From Azolla caroliniana (lineage: Eukaryota; Plantae; Polypodiophyta), in the NCBI GenBank assembly GCA_043228905.1, contig JBHGNT010000013.1, positions 10,230,001 to 10,294,000 on the forward strand: a DNA stretch of 64,000 bases, given 5' to 3'. Each line of letters begins with the position of its first letter. Position 1 is the stretch's first letter. The notes below the pieces were generated by a model. The model saw only the letters and a program-made list of their open reading frames with translations. It was not told the DNA's origin and did not search any database. A program made the position numbers and the translations under genes. Positions 1-13,700 of the stretch are shown here, in pieces.

Positions 1-1850
1 TATCTCATGAATCGATGCATAACATCAGGCGTGTACGAGGTCACCCCTCACTAGAAATACTTTGGAAAGAAGCCAGACCTATCTCACATCAACATATTTG
101 GTTCAATTGCATTCTCACACATTCCCGATGAGAAGCTGCAGAAGCTTGATCCAAAATTGGAGAAGGGCATTCTTGTGGGGTACTCACTTGAACAAAAGGG
201 GTACAAGTGCTTCAACCCCTCTACTCGAAAGGTTCACATAAGTTAGGATGTAGTATTTGATGAATCTACATCTTGGTATGCATCTGATTCAGCTCCATCC
301 AAACCAATTGCAACCGACTTTGACATCAATTTGGTAGAAGAAGAATAGCTAAGGTGAGTTCTTGAGGAAAGTCTGATCTCAACCAGGTTGAGTGGACCTC
401 AGGAGCCCCCAAACAATCAAATTCAATCATAGACAAGATCTGTCTCAGACAAAGGAAAGGCCATAATGCCCAAGTATGAGAACAACCACTCCAAGAGAGT
501 GATGCAAATGAACTGGCACAAACAATTGACAACAAATTCGGTGTTCCTATCATGGGGAACCTAGAGTAAAGAAAGTTATCATACCGGCAAATGAAAAACT
601 TCATCACTCTACCCGATAAAAGACCCCAATGAACTCATTCGGCTACAACGACTTTATGGCATATCATTATGCCTTTATGATGAAGGTGGCAACCGTTCGA
701 GAGCCGGAAAGCTTTGCCGAAGCCACTCAAGATCCATGATGGGTTGAAGCAATGAACGAGGAAGTGCAAGCACTTAGCAAAAACAAAACTTGTCATCTTG
801 TTCCTAACTCGCCTCACAAGAAAGCAACCGTCTATAGGTAGATATATAAGGTGAAGCATAATGCCAATGGCCCAGTCAACCACTACAAAACCTGTCTCAT
901 AGCAAAAGGCTATGCACAAACCCACGACGTTGACAACGAAGAGACCTTTGCCCCGGTGGCAAAGATGATGACCATTTGGAGCGTAATTGCACTTGCAGCA
1001 ACGAAAGGATGGATGACAAGAACGCCTTTCTTCAAGGAGAGTTAGAAGAAGAGGTATATTCATACACATGCAATATGCTGACTCAAGAAGCCTCTCTATA
1101 GACTCAAACAAGCACTTAGAGCATGACACTCGAAGATAACACAATATCTTCATCGAATCAGCTTCAGAATGTCAAAATCTGACAACTCTCTCTACGTAAG
1201 AAGCGATTATGAAAGTATTATTTTCATCATCCTCTACGTAGAAGATCTGGTCATTGGCGGTGAAGAGCTAGTCGACATCAACAAGGTCAAATTTCTTCTA
1301 TCTAGGAAATTCGAAATGACGGACATGAAAGAACTTCATTACTTCCTAGGCATTGAAGTAATTTAGACTCCAAACGGCATCATGATCTCCCAACAACACT
1401 ACGTCCTAAATCTACTATTCATGTTTGGGATAACAACATGCAAGTCTGTAGCAACTCCCCTCAATCGGAATCTAAAAATAGATGTCGACTCTGGCACTAC
1501 ATAGTGTGAGTCGGTATGATATCGACAACTTGTTAGAACTCTGATCTACCTCACCATCACCTGATCCGGCCTCTGTTATCTAGTTGGCCTCATTAGCCAA
1601 TTCATGCAGACACCAGGCCATATTCATCTAGATTGTGCTAAGCAAGTGTTACAATATGTGAGTGATACGATGGACTACAAAATTCTCTATAAGTCAGACA
1701 CGCCAATTCGACTCGAAGGGTAGACAAATGCCAACTGGGCCGGCTACAAATCCGACCAATGATCGACTTCGGGGTTCGTAATTTCTATAGGAAGTGGGGC
1801 TATATCATGGAGCAGCAAGAAGCAGCCGACCGTCACATTATCGAGCATAG
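1..1850 (+). mobile_element. Degenerate Ty1/Copia internal region (integrase C-terminus, RT, start of RNase H); same family as 38422-43933
   Basis: ORF remnants KGYAQTHDVDNEETFAPVAKM and SKSDNSLY..IILYVEDLVIGGE..FEMTDMKELHYFLGIEV are colinear with 41000-42900; many stops and small deletions; ends at WSSKKQPTVTLSS. Confidence 0.9.
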
Positions 1851-4800
1851 TGTTGATAATTAGCTCCCTCCGGATGGGCTGAACCCCAAATGGAGGATAT
1901 TTCACCCCCGACCAAAAGTCCTTGTCATCATACACGCCTGGAGATCACAGTCTTGTAAAAATGGGAAATGAAGGAGCATGCCGAATCATCGGCATTTGAG
2001 ATGTGTGTCTAGTAATGTCAACTAATCGAGTTGTCGAAAGGGAAACCAGTCGAAAATTGAAGGCAGTCTGAGCAGATAATGGTGGAGAGTACCATGGACC
2101 ATTTGAAGAATATTGCCGAGCGTAGGGAATCCGGCTCGAGTATACCGTGCCGAAGACGCCAGAGCTTAACGGGTTGGCCAAGAGAATGAACTAGACCGTA
2201 ATGGAGAGGGTCTAAAGTATGCTTGCACATGCGAAGTTACCAAAGACGTTTTGGGTTGAGGCGTAGATGACGGCAGTGTATGTGATAAATCGATCATCCT
2301 CAGTACCCTTGTATTGTGATATTCCACAAAGGGTGTGGAGCGGCAAAGACGTCTCGTACTGACATCTGAGGATGTTCGGTTGTCTTGCCTATGTGCATGT
2401 GGCAAAGGACCAAAAGGGGAAATTGGACCCGAAATCTCGGCCATGTATATTCCTCGGCTATGGCAATGATGAATTTGGATATTGGCTATGGGACTTAGCA
2501 AAGAAGAAAGCGATCCGGAGTCACGACATTGTCTTCATGGAGGAAAAGACAATAGTCTATTGGGAGATTGAGAATACGTCTCCAACTACCAAATCAAGCC
2601 AAGTCAATGCTCAGCCGAATCGAGTAGAAGTCGATTTGATCAAAATCGAATACGATCGATCGATCGATTACTCGGCGAAATCGAGAACCGACTTATGAAC
2701 GAGGGGAACCGGCTGAACAAGGAACCAAATTCAACTCGGCCGAAGAAGTCGAAGAAGAACCTACCGTGGCGAATGGAGGCCGAAGATACCCCCTAAGAGA
2801 AAGGAGGGCCCCCCGAAGCTTTCCGAATGAAGAGCGTGTACTGCTAACCGATGAGGAGGAGCTGGAAAGCTTTGAAGAAGCTAAACACGATACCCACAGC
2901 CAAAAGTGGTCAAGTGCCATGCAAGAGGAGATGGATTCCCTGCATCAAAACTACACATAAGAACTAATCAAGTTGTCGAAAGGGAAGAAGCCACTACATA
3001 ATAAGTGGGTATACAAACTAAAACCAGGAGATGGCGGGAATCCACCCAGGTACAAAGCATGAATTGTCGTGAAAGGTTTTCAACAGAAGAAGGGTGTTGA
3101 TTTTGATGAAATATTTGCCCCGGTCGTGAAGATGACGTCAATCCGAACAATGTTGAGCATCGTGGCCAGCATGGATCTCGAAGTCGAGCAACTAGACGTC
3201 AAGACTGCCTTCCTTCATGGAGATTTGGAGGGAGAGATATACATGCACCAGCTAGAAGGATTCAAAGAAAAAGGTAAAGAAAACCTGGTAGGTCGATTGA
3301 GAAAGAGCATGTACGGGTTGAAGAAGGCACCTCAGCAATGGTACCGAAAGTTTGAATCTTTCATGGTGGAGCATGGTTTCAACAAGACACATGTCGAACA
3401 CACGTCTTTGTCAAGAAGTATGATGGAGGAGATTTTCTCATCCTCCTATTGTATGTGGATGTCATGTTGATTGTCGGACCGAACCCGAGGAAAATCGAAA
3501 GTTTGAAGAAGGCCTTGAGTAGGTCGTTCTCGATGAAAGACATGGGTCCGGCAAAACAAATCCTAGGAATACAAATTGTTCAGGATCGAACAAAGAAATT
3601 GTTATGGTTGTCACAAGAGAAGTACGCGACAAAAGTGCTCCAGAGATTCGGCATGGAAAGCACGAAACTGGTCGACTCGACACTGCCGACAAACTATAAG
3701 TTGAGCGGAAGTCAATGTCCGAAATCGAAAACCAAGAAGGCCGAGATGTCAAAAGTCCGTTATGCCTCGGTAGTCAGAAGCCTAATGTATGCAATGGTAT
3801 GTACAAGGCCGGAAATCCCATATGCAGTCGGAGTGGTTAGCCGAAATATGAGCAATCCTAGAAGAGAACATTGGGCTGCAATTAATGGATACTTCGGTAC
3901 CTGAGAGCCACCTCGAACGTCTGTCCTCGATTCGGCTCGGGTATCCCCACATTGGAAGGTTATATGGATTTAGACATGTCGGTTGATGTGGATACCAGCC
4001 GATCCACGTCCAAATACCAGTTTGTTGAGAAACGAATCTCAATCCACAAGAAAAGAAATATGCTGAAATACACAACTCTGAAACACAGAAAATAGTGTAC
4101 ACATATTTAACGTGGAAACCCTAAAGCGGGAGAAAACCACGAAGAACGGAGCTTCACTATACAGTGGATATACAACAACGAGATTAGAGTACAACACTCT
4201 CCATACACAGAGTGTAAACTGCCTCTCAGGGCTCTTGGCGTATGTTGTTACTAAACATAGCTATGGCGTCGCTCACTCTCTCACGCTCCCACACACACAC
4301 TCTTCTCCCGCTACGCTACAGAGGCTCACCCATGTACATCTATCTAAATGTTCTGTTTTCCCTAGGTGTATTTATATTAATACACTGAATGGGTTATTTA
4401 CAATCATGGCCATTATTATTATCCAATAATAATAATAGTCTTATTAATCAGTCGACTCACTCGTCCACTGTCGGGTCAGTCCGACTAGTCGGCCTAGTCA
4501 TTGACCATCCGGTCTATCCAACTAGCCACTCGTGTCTTCGACCTCGATCAACTCTCTCTGAGTCGACTCCTCAAATGTTGGCTCTCATCCGATCAGTCGG
4601 CTACTCCCTGTCTTCGATTGTCGGCTCTCTCCGAGCAGTCGGCTCCTCCCACTAGAGGGACATATTCCTAACAGTAATTATGTATGCAAGGGGAGTTGTC
4701 TCGTGGCAGTTGAAGTTCCAGAAGGCCATGGCGTTGTCAACCACATAAGCCGAGTATATGGCCGTAGCGGAATCCGGCAAGTGATTTGGATGAGGGAGTT

Positions 4801-4893
4801 CATCGGAGAGTTGGGAATTCGACAAGAGGAATTTTGACTCCATTGTGATAACCAGAGTGCCATCCACCTTACGAAAAATGTTGCCTACCACTA
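1851..4893 (+). mobile_element. Degenerate, internally deleted Copia (Tork/Tnt1-like) nested in the previous element; related to 9998-15521
   Basis: Starts TGTTGATAATTAGCTCCCTCCGGATGGG, resembling the LTR start at 9998, then jumps to integrase; RT motifs KGFQQKKGVDFDEIFAPVVKMTSIR and LDVKTAFLHGDL; RNase H resumes at 4674 after an inserted LTR. Confidence 0.85.
4023..4673 (-). mobile_element. Isolated Copia-type LTR, inverted, inserted in the RNase H of the host Copia
   Basis: Minus strand reads TGTTAGGAATATGTCC...CA; carries the GTGGTTTT...GGGTTTCCACGT motif shared with other Copia LTRs here; followed on the minus strand by a PBS stub AACTGGTA. Confidence 0.8.
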
Positions 4894-4969
4894 CCTAGGG
4901 GCTTCACTATGAAAACTTGTATGATAGCACGTGAGTTCATCAAAAGGGGTTTAAATTAACCATTGAGAT

Positions 4970-6863
4970 ACAGAATATATATATATATATATAAGGGTAT
5001 TAACAAATGCATAAAAAATATATTTACATAAGGGTATTATCAATTATGCTATAGAAAAAAATTACATAAGCCCATGAAATATTAGATATTTCAATGAGAT
5101 AATAAAGAATATAATGTGCAAACAATAGTCAAATTTGGAGTGGCATACATACATACATATACATGCATACATGCATATATGTACCTACATTTAAACATTA
5201 CATCCATAAATATGTATATACATACATTACACCCATTTATACATGCATATTGACTAAACATGAATATATATACAAATATATATTATCATATGTAGATATG
5301 TACATACACATACATAAATACAAATATGTAAATGCATACATGCTACATACATATTATAATAAGCCCATGAAATATTAGATATTTCAATGAGATAATAAAG
5401 AATATATTGTGCAAACAATAGTCAAATTTGGAGTGGCATACATACATATACATGCATACATGCATATATGTACCTACATTTAAACATTACATCCATAAAT
5501 ATGTATATACATACATTACACCCATTTATACATGCATACTGACTAAACATGAATATGTATACAAATATATATTACCATATGTAGATATGTACATACACAT
5601 ACATAAATACAAATATGTAAATGCATATATATATGTACATACATATTCCACCTATATATAGGTTATATGGAACCATACAACCTACAATACTTACATATAT
5701 ACATACATACACACACATCATATATATGACTGCATATTACGTACATATTGAAAACATAAATTCATATATGATCCATACACATACTAGACATGAAAATATC
5801 CCAAAAATAATACATTACATATATACACATACGTACATTCATACATGTACATGCATATATTCATTCATAGATTGCTACACATATATACGTACATATGCCT
5901 ACAATGTTACATATATAAATTTTACAAACATACATCCATACACATACATACATACATATCACCACATACACAAACATAGACACACACATGGTCATACACA
6001 CTATAATAGTACATATATGCATACACATACATACATTAGATATATACATAAATATTATAAACACACATCCAGACACCTTAAATCATGTGCATTGACACAT
6101 GCATATATGCATACATGTACATACATACATATTCTACATATCACTATATATATAGGTCATACATGGTCATACAAGTTACAATACTTTCATACACACACAC
6201 ACACACACAGTATGCTTACACATACATTGGATAATATATGCATGCATATTATGTGATATTGCAAACATACATCCATATATGAGCCATACACATACTAAAC
6301 ACGATAAATACACCGAAAATATACATACATGAATACATTACATATTACATGTATACACATATATGTATTCGTACATGGACATACATATATTCATTCATAC
6401 ACTGCTACACATATATAGGTACACATGTCTACAATGATACTTGTATAAATGTTACCAACTTACATCCATACATGTACATACATGCATGCATGCATACATA
6501 CAATACAATGTGTACATACATACACACATACATACATGCATATGTGTATATATGTTTGTGGTGTGTGTTGTATGTGTGTGTATATATTGTATTGTATGCA
6601 TGAATAGACACACATAACACATATACACATACATACAATACATATATATGGACATGTAAAGAATATATATACACACACATGCCATGCATACTATACATTC
6701 AACGCATGCAATACAATACAATATGTACATACACACACATACATATATACACGTGCAATACAATACCTACATATGTACATCAATAGAAAATACACACACA
6801 CATATAACACATACATATATACACATGATATACAATACATACATATGTACATCAATAGAAAAT

Positions 6864-6894
<31 letters not shown>

Positions 6895-7580
6895 ACACAT
6901 ACATACATAAACACATGATATATATACAAATTACATAATACATACATACATACATATGTAGAAATGTAGAATACACACACACATATAACACATATGTGCA
7001 TGGACACATGCCATACATACAATACATACATATGCACCTATATAGAACATACACACACATAACACATACATACATTATACATAGTCACATGCCATACATA
7101 CAACACATTCAACACAATACAATATGTACATACATACACATGCATGTCATACATATAATGCACATATACAATAATGCAATTAATACAAAATGATACAATA
7201 CAATAAAATGCAATACAACATGTACACATATGCATATACACACAACACATACATATATATACATAGTCACATGCCATACATACAACACATGCAACACAAT
7301 ACAATATGTATGTCATACATACACATGCACACATGCCATACATACAATGCATATATACAATAATGCAATTAAAACAAAACGATACACTACAATACAATGC
7401 AATACAACATGTACATACATACATATTATACGCATCAATACATACACATACATATATATATGCATGCAATACAATACAGATGCACATATATAGAACATAC
7501 ACATGCATGCTATACATATAATACATACAATACATACTTAAGCACAAGTATAAAACATATACATACATACACACATGGAA
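4970..7580. repeat. TACA/TATA/CACA low-complexity tract, including an approximately 290-bp tandem duplication (about 5068-5650)
   Basis: Dense atacatac/acacat motifs; AAGCCCATGAAATATTAGATATTTCAATGAGATAATAAAGAAT occurs at about 5068 and about 5361. Confidence 0.9.
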
Positions 7581-7791
7581 TACAATTCATCTTTCTCTTC
7601 CTTTTTCTCACAGAGGAACGAGAGAGAGAGAGAGAGAGAGACAAGGTTTACTTGTATCTATGGTCGTCTTCACCTTCATCGGCAGAAGCGGCGGCTCCTC
7701 TTGGAGTGCTAAGCAACACCTTGCTTCTGAGGATGGAGGTTGCCTTGAGGGATCTGTTGATTCCTCCTTCAATCTTTAGCACTTGCTTATG

Positions 7792-7793
<2 letters not shown>

Positions 7794-7860
<67 letters not shown>
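7794..7860. repeat. (CT)n microsatellite
   Basis: Perfect CT run of roughly 33 units. Confidence 0.95.
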
Positions 7861-7863
<3 letters not shown>

Positions 7864-9639
7864 GCGCTTTTGGATTGGTCTTCCAGGTAACCATTAGCAG
7901 TGGAGGAGGGGCGGCTTTGTGTCTAGTGGAGCAATAGCATCGGTTGGGGATGGGGGAAGGGGTAGTGGTGGTGCTCCTATTGTAGAAGAGAAGGAAGAAG
8001 TAAAAGAGAAACAAGAAGAAAGTGATGATGATATGGGATTCTCATTATTTGATTATAATTAATTAATTCAACTATTAGAGTAGAAATAATATCTTTTTGT
8101 TTGCATTTTGTATTCGACCTTTTTCCACTTTATTGAGTCTAGTTGCTTAGAAAAAGTTGTTATTGAGAATTTATTTATAAGGGTTTTTTCTTCATGACAT
8201 GGATGTATGTATGTTTACATTTTGGAGTTATCAATAGTAAGTTTGTTGCTTTGGTTTGAGAGAGAGAGAGAGAGGAAAAGAAAGCAAAGAGAGCAAGGGA
8301 GGAGCCATGAGTGTGATCGACCTCGTCGAAGTGGCCCTCCTTTGGCAAGCAAGGATGTGTAGGATGAGCTACAAGAAGGCGAGAATGTGTGGCCATTAGG
8401 ATCCAAACTACTTTTCGAGGGTTATTAGTTTAGTACCATATCAATTTTTTACCATATTCATATGTGTGCATGTGTATTTTCATATGCATGGTTGTGTTTG
8501 TATGTGTCTATTTGTATGCATGTATGAATGCAAGCACACATGCATAGGTAGCATTCCATCTCATGTTCTTTTTTTCCATGTTAATTTGTGTATTTGCTAT
8601 TGTCATTTCAGAGGCAAGAAGAGTTCTTTTGGTCTTGAGAAGCTTCAGGGGAGCTCATGATGAGTTATTGTCAAAGTGAAACAAAATGACGACAAAATTT
8701 GCTATTATGACTAGGGGTTATGTTTATGATCTATGTCTTTCTTTCTATTAGAGAAGTATGATAAAATAAGAATGAAATGGTTGGAAAGGAAAGTATAGAG
8801 GGAGATGATATTTTGCTTATTCCAATTTTTTTCTCTTAAAACTCCTTTTTAACTAATATGGGAGTTCTATCCCATTTGTTTGAAGTTTTTTTTTCAGATA
8901 TCTGTTTTCTTTTCATTATTTCAAATGGAAGAAAAATAATGGGCTATTTATAAGAGAGCACAACAACAAATATTCATGTACTATGTGTGGTGATGGAGAT
9001 GTTGAGTTAATTGGATATCTCCATCAAAGACTCGTTGTGCTTAATTGCTTTTCTATATGATATCTTTGTATTTAAGGATATGGAGCTTTCAATACTTGAG
9101 ACTAGGCTTGACATCTAACTAGTTTTTATTTTGGTGTGCAGTTATGCTAAGAATGCACCATCAAGGCTCTCATACCATGAGTTTGTTTTGAGGCTAACTA
9201 TCAAGGGAGGTCGAAGCATGCATTTCTTCCTATGATTGCCTTTTGTTCTATAAGTATGGATGGTCTTCGTTCCTTTCATGAGTTTTTGGATTTGGAGATT
9301 GACATTTATTAGGACCATTTCTAAAGCCAAGTGGGTGTTTATTCATCGAATCCCACCCACTTTAATCTTCACTAACCGTGTTTGTGGATTTTTATTATCA
9401 CCTAACATTGTATTCATCTTTCTTGGTGCTACATCATTAGGAGAATGCAAGGTCCTCATTTCTACTTATTGTAAAGGAAGGAGATTGATAAATAAATCAT
9501 TGCATGTGTTGTACTATGTATATTACTTTCCTCTCATCTAATGAATTATTGTTTGTTTGAAACATTATTTGAACCGTAGGTATGTCATTATTATAGCAAG
9601 TTGGTTTCGCATGTGTTTGTTTGTTGCAAACTATATAAT

Positions 9640-9760
9640 CTAAGGAAAAGGTGTATTAGAAAGAGATGTTATATTGCCAATAGTGTGATTGATATGTATG
9701 GTAAATGTGGCTTGACCCATGTAGCACATATATGCTTGATAAGCTTCACATATTGAATCA
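9640..9760 (+). pseudogene. PLS-class pentatricopeptide repeat (PPR) gene fragment
   Basis: gcc aat agt gtg att gat atg tat ggt aaa tgt ggc = ANSVIDMYGKCG, the typical PLS-PPR (N.LIDMY.KCG) motif; frameshifted on both sides. Confidence 0.6.
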
Positions 9761-10701
9761 GTCATTTATTAATCTCTTCCTTGTTAAATAGTGTTGTGAT
9801 GTGAGAAGTTATTGAGCATTTGAAGGAACTTCTTGTAGTGATGGGGTATTCATGATGATTGTTGATGAAATTTCATAAAGTTTAAATATAGAATAACTAT
9901 CAAACCAAATAATGAACTCTTGAGTCTTTATTAGTAAAAGAATATCTATGATTTAGGTGCAAATAAACACGAGCCCCTACACACATAGATACATACATGT
10001 TAGGAAATAGGTCCCTCCGGATGGGATGACCCGGTGAGAACCAGATGACGAGTACCCGGCAAGAGCCGGATGGTGAAGACCCTGTGAGAACCGGATGTGG
10101 AGTACTCGGCAACAGATGACCCGGTGAGAAGCGGATGACATGTGCCCGGCAAGCGCCGAATGATGCAGGCCCAGTGAGGAGTGCTCACTGGATGAAGGGA
10201 CATATTCGTAAATATGTTTCTGAGAGTCCATTGGGGCTATATTTGTGAATAGCCGAAAAGTCATATTAGTATAAATATGACTTAGGGCTAACTCTTTTAT
10301 GTTGTTGTTGTCATTCTTGTTGGCGCAAGACTAGAGAGCGTGTAATAGTGTACAGAGAGAGAAAGAGAGAGGAAGAGGTCGTTGCCTCTATTGTAACCGC
10401 CGCTTGTGGCGAAGATCGTGAGCACGAGGTCGTTGCCCCTGTGAGCTCACTGTTGTAATCATTGTGATATAGTGATAGTTTGCAGTCTGTGGGTTGTCGT
10501 GGTTTTTCCCTCTCAGGGTTTTCCACGTTAAACATCATGTGCACTCTTCTCTTCTCTGTGTCGTGCGTTTCATTCCCGTTTTTTTTCTGTGTTTGATCCT
10601 AGACTCGGTTGTGGCCGAGCATTGTTTTAACGGAGCGTGTAGTCCTTAGTGATTTTCTTTCAGTTGTTGCCGAAGATTATTCCGTGTAGTTCCTGTCAAA
10701 G

Positions 10702-10713
10702 TGGTATCAGAGC
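10702..10713 (+). promoter_or_regulatory. Primer-binding site, tRNA-iMet
   Basis: TGGTATCAGAGC 3 nt after the LTR-terminal CA. Confidence 0.95.
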
Positions 10714-10728
10714 GAAACAACATAGAAG

Positions 10729-13700
10729 ATGGACGAATCGTTGGGCGGCATGTTCAAGCTCACCGGCTCCAACTATTCAGTGTGGAAGTCGAAGATGAGG
10801 GACATGCTCGTGGTTAAAGATCTTTGGTTGTCGGTTCAGTTCGGGGACAAGAGACCGGACAAAATCGACGCCACGATATGGGAGGTGATGCACATGAAGA
10901 CAACAGCGTACATACGGTGCTTCATCGACATGAGCCTATACAACAACTTCAATGAAGAGAGCAAGGCTCATGAGCTCTGGGAGAAGATCAGCATTATGTT
11001 TCAGAACAAAAATGCTATTAACCAGGTTTCGGTATTCCGGAAGCTAGTAAGACTCCGGTACCAAGATGGCTCCAACATGGCAGAGCACATGAATGCCTTC
11101 CAGGGGCTGATACACTAGGCAACTTCATTGAAAGTACCTCTCGCCAACGAGGTACTAGCGATACTCCTGCTCGGTTCCCTCCCGGATAGCTGGGAGACAT
11201 TGGTTGTCACTTTGGGCAACGCCGGGCCGGAAGGGAAACGGTTATCCCTAGCAAGAGTAAAGTCAAGCTTGCTAGATGAGGAGGCGTGTCGGAAAGATAA
11301 GGATACAAGCTCCGACTCCAAAGCGCTCCTTACCGAATCGGACCGCGGAAGACAAAGGAACCGTAGTCCCCAGAACCGGGAGAAGTCGGGGACACGGTCA
11401 AAGTCAAGGGGGAGGCCTACTTGATTCTATTGCGGCAAGCCGGGACACTTCCAGAAGAACTGTCAGCATTTCCAAAAAGACAAGGAAACCGACGGTACCG
11501 ATTCGAAGCGGACACCGGACCGGAACGGTAAAGACCGGAGGGGGCCAAACCGGAAGGGAAGGACAGCAATCGCGGCAAGTGAAGAAGAGTTGATGCTCAT
11601 CACCGAGGAGAGTGAGATCAACCTTGCTGGCGACGAGATGACCTGGGTGGTCGACTCCGGAGCATCGTTCCACCTTACCCCGGACCGGAAATACTTCTCA
11701 TCCTACTCAGCCAGTGATCACGGCTGTGTCCGAATGGGGAATGAAGGTACATGCCGAATTGTCGGCATAGGAGACGTGTGGTTGACAACGCCAACAGGAT
11801 GCAAGCTGTTGTTGAAGGATGTCTGACACGTTCCGGAGGTTCGTCTGAACCTGATATCAGCCGGTCAGCTAAATGATGAAGGCTACACGGGTAGCATCCG
11901 GAACGGTGTTATGAAGTTCAGCAAAGGGACCCTGATTGTGGCTCAGGCCCGGAAGGTAAACACGATGTACCTGATGAATGCCCAGTTATGTCCGGAGGAA
12001 GTGAGTGTGGCATCCGACACTGCCGGTGAGCTGTGGCACAAAAGGCTGTGTCACATGAGCGAGAAGGGGATGAAGAGGCTTGCAGATGACAACCTCATTC
12101 CAGTGAAGAACGTGCACTTGGAGAAGTGCACTGATTGTCTGGCCGGTAAACAAAACCGGACCTCCTTCCGATCGAGGCCACTGATGAGACGTAATGCACC
12201 ACTGGAGTTGGTGCATACTGATGTATGTCAAGTGGACACGAAGTCACATGCCGGATCATAGTACTTCGTGACGTTCATAGATGACCACAGCCGGAAGTTG
12301 TGGGCCACACCGTTGAAGACGAAGGATCAAGTGCTATCCGTCTTCAAAGAGCTCCACGCGAGAGTGGAAAGAGAAACCAGCTGGAAGCTGAAGGCGGTTC
12401 AAGCAGATAACGGAGGGGAATACCGGGGGCAGTTCGAGGAGAACTGACGCTCGAAGGGAATCCGGCTCGAATTTACCATGCCGAAGACGCAGGAACTAAA
12501 CGGGTTGGCCGAGAGGATGAACCGGACCATAATGGAGAGGGTCCGAAGAATGTTGGCGCATGCAAAACTACCCAAGAATTTTTGGGCTGAGGCACTGTCG
12601 ACGGCGACATATTTGATAAACAGATCACCCTCAGTACCCTTGGACGGAAACACGCCATAGAGAGTCTGGACCGGTAAGGAAGTGTCCTACCGGCATCTGA
12701 AGGTATTCGAGTGTCTCGCATACGTGCATGTAGCTAAGGACCGGAGAGGAAAGTTAGATCCAAAGACCCGGCCATGCATATTCCTCGGTTACGGTGACGA
12801 TGAGTTCGGCTACCGAGTGTGGGACCCGGTCGACGAGAAGGTATTCTGGAGTCAAGATATTATCTTCATGGAGGACAAGATGCTCGCCGACTGGGAGTCA
12901 GAGAAGAAGATAATGAACTCCGAGTCGACCGGTAGGGATCGATTCTACGATGAGCAGACCCAAGCGGAAAGAGGCCGGTTAGCACTCGAGGAACCAGCCG
13001 GTTACGGTGAGGATACCGAACCGGCAGAAGAAGAAGTAGATGAAGCTGAAACCGGAACCGGACAAGACCCCAAATCGGATTCGGATGAAGAGCCAATGGA
13101 GGGCCCGGTTACCGAAGCCCAAAGACGGAGATATCCTCTCAGAGAGAGAAGGGCCCCCCGGAGATTTCCGGATGCAGAGCATGTGTTGCTAACCGATGAG
13201 GGGGAGCCAGAAAGCTTTGAAGAAGGGAAGGATGACACCCATAGCCGCAAATGGTTAAGTGTCATGCAGGATGAGATGGATTCCCTGCATGAGAACCATA
13301 CATACGAATTGGTGGAGTTGCCGAAAGGAAAGCGAGCACTCCGAAATAAGTGGGTATACAAGTTGAAACCGGGAGATGCCGGCAACCCCCTGAGATACAA
13401 AGCCAGGATCGTGGTGAAGGGGTTCCAGCAGAAGAAGGGCGTGGACTTCGACGAGATATTTTCCCCGGTAGTAAAGATGACCTCCATCCGGACGGTGCTG
13501 AGTATAGCGGCAAGCATGGACCTCGAGGTAGAGCAGTTGGACGTGAAGACGGCATTCCTTCACAGTGACCTCGAAGAGGAGATCTACATGCAGCAACCGG
13601 AAGGATTCGTGGAGAAAGGGAAGGAGCACCTGGTATGCCGGTTGAAGAAGAGCATGTACGGACTGAAGCAGGCTCCCCGACAATGGTACCGGAAGTTTGA

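Noticed and set aside
5163-7574. Many His/Tyr/Thr- or Cys/Val/Met-rich ORFs
   Set aside because: Artefacts of TACA/TGTA low-complexity DNA, which lacks stop codons in several frames
10015-10200. Regularly spaced repeats here and at 43260-43450 as a CRISPR-like array
   Set aside because: Head-to-tail tandem units without unique spacers, inside eukaryotic retrotransposons; no cas genes
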